64,000 bases of DNA from contig NW_026889758.1 in assembly GCF_033153115.1 (NCBI RefSeq), positions 18,228,001 to 18,292,000 of the forward strand. The letters are read 5' to 3'. How positions within the stretch are numbered: the first letter of the stretch is position 1; every line of letters starts with the position of its first letter. Shown here piece after piece: positions 51,083 through 62,515 of this stretch. A model generated the notes under the pieces. That model saw only the letters and a program-made list of their open reading frames with translations, did not search any database and was not told the origin of the DNA. The translations under genes were made by a program, and so were the position numbers. The DNA comes from Saccostrea echinata (Eukaryota).

Positions 51083-52608
51083 CATCATTTAATAATTTTT
51101 TACCATATATATATATTATTAAATTTTAAACCCCCAAAAAATCATGTAACTTGTTTTAAATAGCTTATATTCCGGCTCTTGTTACCTAACTATGAAGTGG
51201 CTTTCATTTCGGCATGCTGAGAGAAATATCTCACTAAATTCATAGAGAGGCTACACCGAGTTTATAAGCATCATCTTCCAGACATTCTCTTCCGGCTCTT
51301 GTATCCTGGAACCAGTCCATCTTTCAGTCTACCACACCGAGTTGAGTACTACGTGCTCTTCCGGATCTTGTCGGTCAAACATGACTGGTCTCCTATGCTG
51401 CTACACCGAGTTGAGTTTTGTCTTGGAAGTTGAACCTCAATCTCAAAGCACACCAGTTTCACCGAGTTGACTGGTACATATATCTGTACCTTTCTTCCGG
51501 CTCTTGGGACTGGTTCCGCTGTTCTGAGGATAGGGTTTTTAACTGATTAAAACTATGAGAAGCTGAGTCTGCCCCTATTTCTGCCAAAGTATATATATGT
51601 ATTTCAATGTTATTTGATGTTTTTGTATTGGAAGTTATTTGTGGAATGTTTAAATGTTAGACTTTGAATAAATGTTTTAACCTACTATACTATTTTATCT
51701 TTTCAACATAAATTAAGGCTTATGAGAATAAGCTAAGTTTATGTTGAAAAGAATACCGTAACTTTAACATCTACCAGGTTAGGTTCTGATAGTTACATTT
51801 AATTTGTTCAACGATTCTGATTGGATGTTACTTATAAACTAGATAAAGTGGCAGAGTGGATTGTAAACAGAAGTCTAATCGCCACCACCCCTACGCATCT
51901 CCATATTTTTCATTTTCATGTAAAATGCTTATTCATATATATTTTCATTCCCAAATTGGGTAGACTCAGCCTTTTATTCATCATTTAATAATTTTTTACC
52001 ATATATATATATTATTAAATTTTAAACCCCCAAAAAATCATGTAACTTGTTTTAAATAGCTTATATTCCGGCTCTTGTTACCTAACTATGAAGTGGCTTT
52101 CATTTCGGCATGCTGAGAGAAATATCTCACTAAATTCATAGAGAGGCTACACCGAGTTTATAAGCATCATCTTCCAGACATTCTCTTCCGGCTCTTGTAT
52201 CCTGGAACCAGTCCATCTTTCAGTCTACCACACCGAGTTGAGTACTACGTGCTCTTCCGGATCTTGTCGGTCAAACATGACTGGTCTCCTATGCTGCTAC
52301 ACCGAGTTGAGTTTTGTCTTGGAAGTTGAACCTCAATCTCAAAGCACACCAGTTTCACCGAGTTGACTGGTACATATATCTGTACCTTTCTTCCGGCTCT
52401 TGGGACTGGTTCCGCTGTTCTGAGGATAGGGTTTTTAACTGATTAAAACTATGAGAAGCTGAGTCTGCCCCTATTTCTGCCAAAGTATATATATGTATTT
52501 CAATGTTATTTGATGTTTTTGTATTGGAAGTTATTTGTGGAATGTTTAAATGTTAGACTTTGAATAAATGTTTTAACCTACTATACTATTTTATCTTTTC
52601 AACATAAA
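51083..52608 (+). repeat. Ngaro 3' repeat block B1-A2-spacer-B2
   Basis: B1 51083-51712, A2 51713-51879, spacer 51880-51978 (starts CGCCACCACCCC), B2 51979-52608. Confidence 0.93.
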
Positions 52609-53603
52609 ATGTATATATTATTTTAGTAATATTCCACTATCGCCTGCATATGGTGTTTAAGCTTCCTAACGTATTCGGTACTCTAGAGCAAGCTCTGTGC
52701 ACAATCAACTTTTAAAACTGAGGCAGAATACTGACAAATAAGATGATGTTAAAGGGCTTTCAAAACGTCTCAATCAAAGTCAGCATTTTGAAAATTCCTG
52801 GGTCATTATAATGCTCTTGTTAGCAAATACATTTATTTTTCCATTAAAAAAAATCATAAGATTATAATTTTTTTTAAATTTTAGAATCTTAAAAAAGCAT
52901 GATGGTCATAACTTTTATATATACGGAATATAATAAACCATATAGTACGATGCCGTTAAAGACCAGAAAGAAATATAATTCGGACGAATTTTGATATATA
53001 TTTTAAAAAATAAGGTACTGCAATAGTTCTGACTAAGTTTGTTCTTCGCTCGGATATATGTTATCTGTGTGGACATGTAAGTTCTTCCTTTGGACAAATT
53101 AAATAAATTTTTATGAAATTGTTTTTGATCGGAATTCTTCGGACGAACTTGATATTTGCTCGGACAACTTAGCTAATTACATGTACATATTTGTCGAAAA
53201 GATTTGATGCTTCTTTATTCAAGATTTATCATTACTCTGATAAAGGGGAGCATCCAGAAAATCTGAGGTGGTACATATCAGCACATTGATTAACTGGGCA
53301 GGCAAATACAAAGAAGGACGTTTCAAAGTATAGTGAGCTATGCAGGTATTAAAGAAACAGTCAGTATTCTAAGGCCACAGAGTTGAGAGGTACAATAGGA
53401 ATATGTTAAATATTTCTGTTATTTGTTTCCATATTTGTATTTCTTATCTAAAGATAGGTAAAACTTCAGAGTTCAAAGAAAGGGCGATGCTCATTTTGGA
53501 CAACATCGGATTGCCAAAAGCTTAAAAACAACCAAAATTGGTCCTAGTGCATTAAATGTACATTTCCATGTGGAATTAAACGACTATTAGCTCTATTCAA
53601 GGC

Positions 53604-53609
53604 TATAAA
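53604..53609 (+). promoter_or_regulatory. TATA box of the C-type lectin gene
   Basis: CTATAAAG lies about 45 bp upstream of the lectin ATG at 53649. Confidence 0.5.
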
Positions 53610-53648
53610 GAGTACTTATAGGATCTGATTTCTATTTTCCAAAATCCA

Positions 53649-55891
53649 ATGACTGGAAAGGTTTTACAATTTTACTTCCTTCAATCTGTTGGTGAGTAGG
53701 CATTTTTTTCTGCTATTTAACTATTATATATATCATATTGTTTTGTTCAGCAAGTATATACACACTTAATATGACTGCGTAAATTAGCTTTTGTTTTGAG
53801 AAATTATCGGAACTGTAAAATGTCCAATGTTGATATGTATTAAACATTTTAATTATAGTATACAGTGCAATTTTATAAACAAGTAAAAGCTTATATATGT
53901 CATAATAAATAGAATCAATCCTTAAGTGTTGGTAGTGTGGGCGTGCCCTGTAGGATGGACTAAACATGGCCCCGCCTGTTACCACATGGGACCAGAGGAG
54001 GAATCTTGGTTTGATGGGATGGTATGTACGAGCACATGTCTGAGAGGTGTCATGTGTATTTATAAGTAGTGTAATCTTTTCAGTTTAGAGGGGTATTAAG
54101 CCGAATATTTTAACTTGATTACATGTATTAAATATTTCAACACGGTACATGTACCTCTAAAATAGGTTCGATGTATGAAGACGTGTATAATCATCAGTAA
54201 AGAGCAACTAAATTTCCATAGGAAATACTACTATCATTCCAATAACAGCGTGTCAGTTTGCTTGATCGACCGTAGTATAATTTCGCAAATTAATTACCAT
54301 ATTATCCATCGATAGGATGTTTGATTTCAATGAAATCAATACCACTTTGCATATGAAACACAAATACCTGCAATACCACTGATAATACTGGCAAATCACA
54401 TTGCATGATTCTTTACGAGTACGGCATTTGTTGTAAGCACCAACACGTGGTCAGTCAAATCCCGTTTTCTGCATATGTTATAATATTTGGTTGATTAAAT
54501 ATTCCTAGTACAAGGAGAAGACCTTTTAAAGATTTTGATTTATTACAAAAAAGCGCTAGAGTTTCTTGGACATCTAAATTGAAACTCTAGCGCTTTGTTG
54601 TGTGAATCAAACGTTCTGTAAAAATCATTTTTAGCTATCAATTGCATACCGCACCCATGTAATAAAACTCAGGAGTGTTACTTTACTAGTTTTCATGTAC
54701 ATGTTCTTATAATATTTTTATCCGGTCAATTCACGACACGTACATGTATGATCAAAGGTAGTAAAACAGGCTTTGACTGACCACGTGTTGCTGTTTTCTT
54801 CCGTAGTAAACAATCATTCAAAGTGATCGATGGTGAATACTCTTGGTGGTATTTGGAAGTCCAGTGTTTTATATTTTGATTGATTGATTTATTTTTATTT
54901 AATATATTTTGATGCAGGAGCACAATGAAAACTAGCTACTTGCTAATTGTGTAATCCTGGATAAATAAAGATTATAATTATTATATATAAGGTACTGTGC
55001 ATTTTTTAAGCTAACCAGCCAATCAACGAGTAATATAGTAATCAAGGTGTAAAAATTTAGCACGCTTGATCAAGCAAACTGACACACTGTTATTTGAATG
55101 ATATCTCTCTTTTATGTCTGGTGTATATGAAATATATGGAGATAACGAACAGTATTCAACTTCAAAAGTCCATTAAACAATACAAATTTTGGAGCAGAGC
55201 AAACACGGACCTCNNNNNNNNNNNNNNNNNNNNNNNNNNNNNNNNNNNNNNNNNNNNNNNNNNNNNNNNNNNNNNNNNNNNNNNNNNNNNNNNNNNNNNN
55301 NNNNNNNNNNNNNNNNNNNNNNNNNNNNNNNNNNNNNNNNNNNNNNNNNNNNNNNNNNNNNNNNNNNNNNNNNNNNNNNNNNNNNNNNNNNNNNNNNNNN
55401 NNNNNNNNNNNNNNNNNNNNNNNNNNNNNNNNNNCTTAAGCTAACATAACTGCCCTAAGTGAAGAAATATTTAATATAGAAAGCACAAAGAAATTCACTT
55501 TTTATAAGGATACCCACTTCCGCCCCAGCCCGGGGTTGAACTCTCGACCTACGGAATCTGTTTCCTAGCAGTACAGGAACAGCGCACCAGACCGCTCGGC
55601 CATCTAGACAAGTCAAAAAACTTCTTCACGGTCATTGAGAATGGAAGTGAGATACAGTTATTTGGACATTAGTTTATTATTTGGACATTAGAGGATCTTT
55701 ACCGATACACATTGTGATGAAATTTAATTTTATTTATAAAGCACATATTACAACAACTCTTAAACTAACATAACTGCCCTAAGTGAAGAAATATTTAATA
55801 TAGCAATCACAAAGAAATTCAATTTTAATTTATAAGTGTTAGTTTAAGAGTTGAAGTGTGTATCCCTATAAAAAGTGATATTCTTTGTGCT

Positions 55892-55965
<74 letters not shown>

Positions 55966-57135
55966 TTTTTAAAGAAAATGTGTCAAATTCATGGATCCAG
56001 CCTCGCAACAGTGTTAAGTCAAGAAGAACAGAATTTTATTGTAGGCCTTATGAAACAATCACACAGTAAGTTTCGGAAAAAAATGACTGTCTACAGATGC
56101 TCATTTCACAGACAGTTTTATAATTTTGCAATGTAAAAAGGCTATTGATAAAAAACCAAATGTCTATCACATAACAATTTTCGCAAAAATAAGGTAATTA
56201 TAAAAAAAGGAAAAGGAAGAATGCCATTTTAAGTTGAATTAATGTAAATGACTTGTAGATTTTATACGACCTCCCTTACATTGTCATGACAAGCATATAC
56301 GTACAGCACCGTTTTGAGATGGATTGGTCCAGTATTTGTATGATATATGTAATTTGATGCCTTTGATTGGTCCAGTATTTGTATAATATATGTAATTTGT
56401 CTAACTGTAAATTTCAGACAGTGTTGTTTGGTTAGGTGGGACTGATTGGACTTTAGAAGGCACCTTTGTCTGGGAACCGTATGGGGACAAAATGAGTTAC
56501 ACACATTTCGGTCATGGGGAACCAAACAATGGAAATGGGCGTGGTCACGAAAATTGTCTGTTGATTGACGGTTCCTCACATAAAGGCTACGCCTATGTCT
56601 GGGATGACAGAGACTGTGATGATTCGCACTATTATATTTGCAAACAAATGTAAAATTACATCTAAGTTTTATAATCTTTTTTGAATGATAATCTCTTTTC
56701 ATTTTCATTTCATATGGGGTAAAATACAGAATATAATTATGTAACTTTATATTTCATATGATAGACTCTTTCGAAACAAACAATCCAAAGGTGCTTGATA
56801 ACAGGATTTGGTATCCCCCCCCCCACCCCCGTTAGTTTTCCTAAATCAGATTCCCCTTACACATGGCGTGATTTCAAATCAAAAGTCATTGAATGAAAAT
56901 CGTTTGTATATAAACTGAAATTATACAGAAATATTTATGAAATGTTTGTTTTCAGTCATTTTTAAACCTTTGGTATTGAATTAATGGTTAACATTTCATA
57001 AGTGAATCGAAATATTCATTTTCAAAAGTCTTAGAAAAAGGGATGGGATGTACAAATGTATGTTGTAAAGATATCATAATTGTTGTCTTTTAATTGTTTT
57101 GTAGGGACGATATAACTGGAAACTTAATTGGTTGA
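53649..57135 (+). CDS. Secreted C-type lectin (perlucin-like), EPN/WDD type
   Basis: Exons: 53649-53691, 53927-54021, 55975-56065, 56418-56649, 57105-57135 (GT-AG, phases consistent). Protein: MTGKVLQFYFLQSVVLVVWA-CPVGWTKHGPACYHMGPEEESWFDGMKMCQIHGSSLATVLSQEEQNFIVGLMKQSHNSVVWLGGTDWTLEGTFVWEPYGDKMSYTHFGHGEPNNGNGRGHENCLLIDGSSHKGYAYVWDDRDCDDSHYYICKQMDDITGNLIG*. It shows a signal peptide, six CTLD cysteines, the WLG motif and EPN. Confidence 0.9.
55441..55822. repeat. tRNA-like SINE head (minus, about 55515-55608) bracketed by a direct repeat
   Basis: CTAACATAACTGCCCTAAGTGAAGAAATATTTAATATAG occurs at 55441 and 55766. The minus strand has GATGGCCGAGCGGTCTGGTGCGCTG...GAGTTCAACCCCGGGC A/B-box-like motifs. 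Confidence 0.55.
55895..55960. repeat. (TA)n microsatellite immediately upstream of the lectin exon 3 acceptor
   Basis: About 33 TA units followed by ATTTTTTTTTAAAG|. Confidence 0.95.
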
Positions 57136-57421
57136 CCACTGTCAAAATTATTTCTATACACGATCGCGATGTTTTTGAAATAAACTTGAAAAAGAGAATT
57201 GTTCATTATGATATGAATATCAAACAAATAGCGACCGGTTATTAAATTATTATTAAATTCAAGACTTTATTTAGTTGTATTTATTTTATCAATACGCAAC
57301 ACATTATCGTATCATGAAACGGAGTATTCTTTCTAATGTTTCAACTATAAGAACAGAGGAACGAGATCAATATTAAGTTTAGCAGAATTAGTATTAATAA
57401 CTTAGTTTGTTATCATATGTG

Positions 57422-60400
57422 GGTGTAAAGACAAATAATGACCCCCATAGAATAATGACCGGGGGTCATTTTTCGCCATAGAATAATGACCCCCAGTCAT
57501 TATTCAACGGCGAAAAATGACCCCCGGTCATTACTCGGCGTCGAAAAATGACCCTTTTGCCCGTAGAAAAAGTGTCATCATCCTAAAAATCTGCACACCC
57601 TACGTGACGAAAAATGACCCCCGTAGAATAATGACCCCTTGTGCATTAAAGTTGAAATTTTTAGGGGGCAAAAAAATAAAATAAATCAAGAGACATGTTG
57701 GCCAAAATGCTTACCTGAGCATGTCAGGCATGGCATCGAAAGGGGAAATGGGCATTATAAGAGGCAAAAATGACAAGTTACCTTAGAAAAATCTTTGATG
57801 AACCCCTAAAAAAGTTTATTGATGTAAGGGGGATTTCCTTTTTCTCTACTCTATCAAAAAGTTGAGGGTAGGGCAACCAAACTTGCAATTAACATTTTCA
57901 AGCGAAAAAAAATTAAAAATTACGTTCATGAAAATGGAAGGGGGAGGACACCCCACCCAACCCCTGATTCTATGCGCCTGAATGTTATGTTCACCTTGTC
58001 AACTAAAGTATGAGAGATTTTTTTAACTATACTATATAAAAAAGAGGGGCTGTTTACAAGACTTTAAATGAACTTTTTCAAACTATAAATTGCTAAAATT
58101 TACATTCAGAAAAAGTGGGGGGGGGAGGGTATACCTCCCTCTTCTCTGATTCTTTGTGCCTGAATATTATGTCAACTAGAGTGGAATTCGGATGGAGGTG
58201 AAATAACTTTTCAGAAATCTTTTCAATCTATTTTTAGTTCAGTGTAGGAAAAATAAATTCTTATGGTCACCTTGAAGGTCAATAAAATAGTCTGTATTTA
58301 ATAATAAATTGAAAACATTAATGTACTTCAATATAAACTGTATTGAAATGTTTCCATATTGATGTGACAAATGTATCACTGTTTTAAAGTGCATTTTAAA
58401 AAAAAAAAATATTCCTCTTACATGTATTTATCCTATTCTTAGACGACCATGTTAACAGACTTGAATGTACATTATACTGCATGGGATTCTTCTTTATTGC
58501 TTCTATATATTTGAAAAGAAATTCCCATGGACCACTTTTTAGAAATAAAATTGAATGCACATTATACGATTGTGTACGAGACATGCAGAAATTTTATGTC
58601 CTTCTTATGTTTGCTACGTCTGCTTCATATTTGGACGTTCTTCTGACTATAGACGATAAAGAACAACTAAATTGTCTAACAAACGGGAGGACCTCAACTT
58701 TTTCCATCGTCAACTTTCCTTATTTATGTAGTAATATTCCGCTATCATTTGCATATTATGTTTAAAGGTGCTTAGACACAGATTTGAAGTTAATATTTTC
58801 TCAAGTTTTCTGTATAATATCACGACTTATATATTGCAATAGCATTTCACACGAAAATAAAATTAAAAACTTATTTTATCTGGAAATTATTGGAACTAAA
58901 AATTCCTGGACGCGTTTGATTAACACATCATTGCACTTTCACAAATGTTATCTTTATCCTTAATATTTAAGAGAAGAAGCAATTTTGTTGTGTATTAATG
59001 AAAAATATTACATCTATCATCTAGAAAATTCAAAGTAGAAATGTGCAAAAGCAAACCCCCTCATTAATATCGTCAGCCCGTGCTCAGTATTGTGTACAGA
59101 GTTTAACAAATTGAATACACCCGTGAAACGTAAACTGTTTTTGTAAACAGGGCACGAGCTCTGTTATTGTTAATGTTTACGATTCACCGGGTGTGTTCAA
59201 TTCTTAAAGTCTGCACACACCACTGAGCACGGACTGACAATACTGTGAGTGGGTTTTTCTTTCGAACATTTCTACTCTGAATTTTCTGGATTATAGTTTT
59301 AATATTTTTCATCAATACATAACAAAATTGCCACTTTTCTCAAGTGTTAAGAATAAAAATTAAAATTTGTGAAAGTGCAAGGATGTGTCAATCAAACGCG
59401 TCCAGAAATTTGAAGTTTCAATAACTTCGAGATGAAATAAGATTTTTATTATATTTGAGCATGAAATGCTATAGCAACATATAAGTCATGAAATTATACA
59501 GAAAATTTGAGAAAATATTAACTTCAAATCTGTGTCCAAGCACCTTTAAGTCTACCAACTTATTCGATACCCAAGAGCACGATTAATTTTTAAATCGAGG
59601 CAGGCTACTGACAGATACATGTGAGTTGATGTTACAGGGGTTTCAACAACCTCGTTTAAAGTCAGAATTTCGTAAATTCATTGGTCGTATCAATGACCCT
59701 GTCTACAAATATAACCTATAAATGGGTCAATTAATTTGCCTTTGCTTTTATACTAATTTCGACAACGGATTATCACGTTTACCTGATTTATTCATAGGGC
59801 TTATGACGGATGTGAGGGGGCAACAGGGGATGTTTACTCTTTCGAGGCACCTGATCCCACCTCTGCAATTTTCAGGGGTCCTTTTTTATGCCCTGTTAAC
59901 AGAATTGTTTGTGGATATTTTTAAATCATTACTGTTCATTATCTTCACCTTTTTTCATTAGGAAATATATCCACGGTATGTCGTTCGCATGAGATATTAT
60001 GTCATTTTATTATGTCAAATGATATCATCATTTTTCCTTCACTTTTTAGAAAAGTTAATCGTACTCAAAGCATGCTGAATACTTTGGTAGACATGTTTAC
60101 CACTGAAAAGCCAGAACATCCCGCTTGTCTATTATTTAGCTAGGTATGTCTATATTCGGTCAAATATCCAGATATGAAACAAATGGAAGACAGTCATAAA
60201 GGGAGATTATGTTAAGTGTTATATAACCAATAGTAGCCATTTTGTGATTTTTAATATGTGCTGAGAACACAATAAGCTTAAAAGATAGAAATATGCTGTT
60301 AATGTAGTGCTGTTTTATTGCATTTTAATTGACCGTTCGTCCAGTGTTGGTCAATAAGGGCATGAAGAAGAATTAAACATTGAGATTCAAACTTTGGCAT

Positions 60401-60627
60401 CAATCATTATAAATCATTATAAATTTTGTATCACTTTGTTGGAAAAGGGGTCATTTTTCAACCGGGTTCTGTTTTTTATAGGACGCACATATAAAAAAAA
60501 AATGACTCCTAGGGCTCTTTTTCTACAAAAAATGATTTTTTTTCTACGGCTGGGGGGTCATTTTTTTTTCGTTGAAAAATGACCCCCCGGTCATTATTCT
60601 ATGGGGGTCATTATTCGTCTTTACAGG
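57422..60627. mobile_element. About 3.2-kb non-autonomous DNA element with about 50-bp inverted termini and subterminal AATGACCCC repeats
   Basis: TGTAAAGACAAATAATGACCCCCATAGAATAATGACCGGGGGTCATTTTTC (57424-) is inverted at about 60574-60625. Many AATGACCC/GGGTCATT motifs occur at both ends. Confidence 0.75.
58766..59545. mobile_element. Foldback (whole-element palindrome) TTAA MITE inserted into a Penelope-like fragment
   Basis: TTAA|AGGTGCTTAGACACAGATTTGAAGTTAATATTTTCTCAA ... TTGAGAAAATATTAACTTCAAATCTGTGTCCAAGCACCT|TTAA, with arms of about 370 bp. Penelope coding sequence lies at about 58615-58761 and resumes at about 59550-59950. Confidence 0.85.
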
Positions 60628-61221
60628 GGCAATCTTTTTAATAAAAATCATTGCTGAAGATAAAAAAAAATATAATGGGATCATAGTATTCCATCAGTTT
60701 TAGATTCATTTCTCTTAAAAGAGTCCTTTGTAGTGTAATAGTAATACTGTTTGTGTAAATATCTATATTGTTACAGCATGATCTTAATACTCAAGATGTA
60801 CCCGATTTATTCTTTTTTGAATTTAGCTTCACAAAAACATGTGTAAGGTACAAATTCGAAAAAGACAAAAACTGATACTGAAGGTTTTTTTTAAATGTCT
60901 TAAAACGCAAAAGTCCAGCAAATTAAGGCGAAAGAGCAAGGTTCACAAAGCCAATTTGGCCCAGTAAATTTCTGAAAAATCAAAACTCTCATTCTAGATG
61001 ACACAACATTAGATATCACTTGGACACTTGGTGACTGCATATCTATTGAAAATGACAAAATATTCTCACTAGTCCTTGTGTTACGACGTCATGAATTTCG
61101 TCAAATCCTGAAATTTTCCTGAAAACTGCCAAAAGTTTAATAATTTGCATAGAGCGAAACCTCTGATCCAGAATGTGCAATTATATGATGAAAGAACTTT
61201 GCCTATAGGTTTTAAAAATAT

Positions 61222-61259
<38 letters not shown>

Positions 61260-61569
61260 GCTGGTTTCATATTTTAATTCTTTGGTGAAAATACTCAGAA
61301 ACACCAAAGAATTAAAATACAGTGCAGTTTCACACAATCTGTTTTTAATACATGGATTCGGAGGAAACTTTGTTAAAGAAATTATAATCACTAAGTATCC
61401 ACTTTATATTGGTGTTTAAAATAGGTCGTTGGTCTTGATCAATGTATTTGTATATAGAGAGGGTCATTCTGTACATAAAGTGTACTTAGTTCTTTTAGTA
61501 TATTTGTGCGAAAGTTTTCATACATATGTATGTGGATATATTGATATTTATGTTTGTTTTTTAAATGTC

Positions 61570-62515
61570 TATTATGGCATATTTCTGCAATCCAGATAAT
61601 TTTTGTTAACATAAGAAATCGCGTCAAGTCAAGATAATTATTTCGTCAGGTCAAGATAACTTGATGGTTTTGTCAAGATACAATAAAATTTCTATCTCGT
61701 CTAGTCAGGATAAACAACCACATTCTTTTTTCCGATAGCTATTTTTGACGCGATATCTTATGTTGACATAAATTATGTGGATGGCATAATTCAATCTCAT
61801 TAAAATTATTAAAATTTTCATTAGATTGGGCATAATTGTAAATAGTACATGTAATTAAGGAAAAAATCATTGGTTGGTTTACTTGTATTTTATTTTATTT
61901 GTTCCAACTGAATTCATTTGAAATTATGCGTGAAATACTTATTAGAGTAACAATTTTATAGAAGAGATCTGCGTATTTCATTAGAAAATGACCGAGGCAC
62001 CCGTAGAACGTCTTCTATTTAGATAGCTATATATATGTATATACAGTTATCGTGACTGCAATTCTGAAGAGGCAGTATTGTCAACGCAACAATTTTGTCA
62101 TGATAAAAGATAAATCATTGTCATGTCAAGATAGGTATAACAAGAAAATGTGATAGCTCTTCGTGACTAGAAAAGATAAAAGTTGGTGTATCTCAACAAA
62201 ACCAGCTAGTTATCTAGATCTTGACCTGAAGAGATTTCTTATGTTGACAAAAAATATATGGATGTCATAAGTATGCCACCATATACGCCGAATTCAAACT
62301 CGTCTAGTCAAGTATCACATTTTGTTTTGATAGATATCTTGACATGATATAGTGTATCTTGTATCCTGATACATCGAACTCTAACCCGTCTAGTCATGCT
62401 ATCAAATTTTGTTTTGATAGCTATCTGGACATGATGGTAATTTATCTTGTATCGTGACAAAATTGTTGCGTGGACAAATACATGTACTACCTCTTCAAAA
62501 TTGAAGTCACAAGAA
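61570..62515. repeat. Degenerate MITE-like region with GTCAAGATA motifs and overlapping inverted repeats
   Basis: About 61570-61620 is inverted at about 62232-62283, and about 62050-62135 is inverted at about 62420-62510. Confidence 0.55.

Larger units (their letters stand above)
46524..52608 (+). mobile_element. Ngaro-type (DIRS superfamily) tyrosine-recombinase retrotransposon, full length, with split direct repeats A1-[gag-RT-RH-YR]-B1-A2-B2
   Basis: A1 46524-46690 matches A2 51713-51879 (167 bp, about 4 mismatches). B1 51083-51712 matches B2 51979-52608 (630 bp). Overlapping gag, RT/RNase H and YR ORFs are present, with no Dam-methylase domain and no TSD. Confidence 0.93.

Noticed and set aside
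51170-51520. CRISPR/tracrRNA call for the Ngaro B array (CACCGAGT resembles a tracr hairpin)
   Set aside because: The match is short and could be chance. The variable parts are self-complementary stems of unequal length, and no nuclease is present. Kept only as a structured-RNA finding.
53751-53778. Extra lectin micro-exon (ttcag|CAAGT...GC|gtaaat)
   Set aside because: It is 28 nt long and would shift the frame. Exon 1 joins exon 53927 in phase without it.
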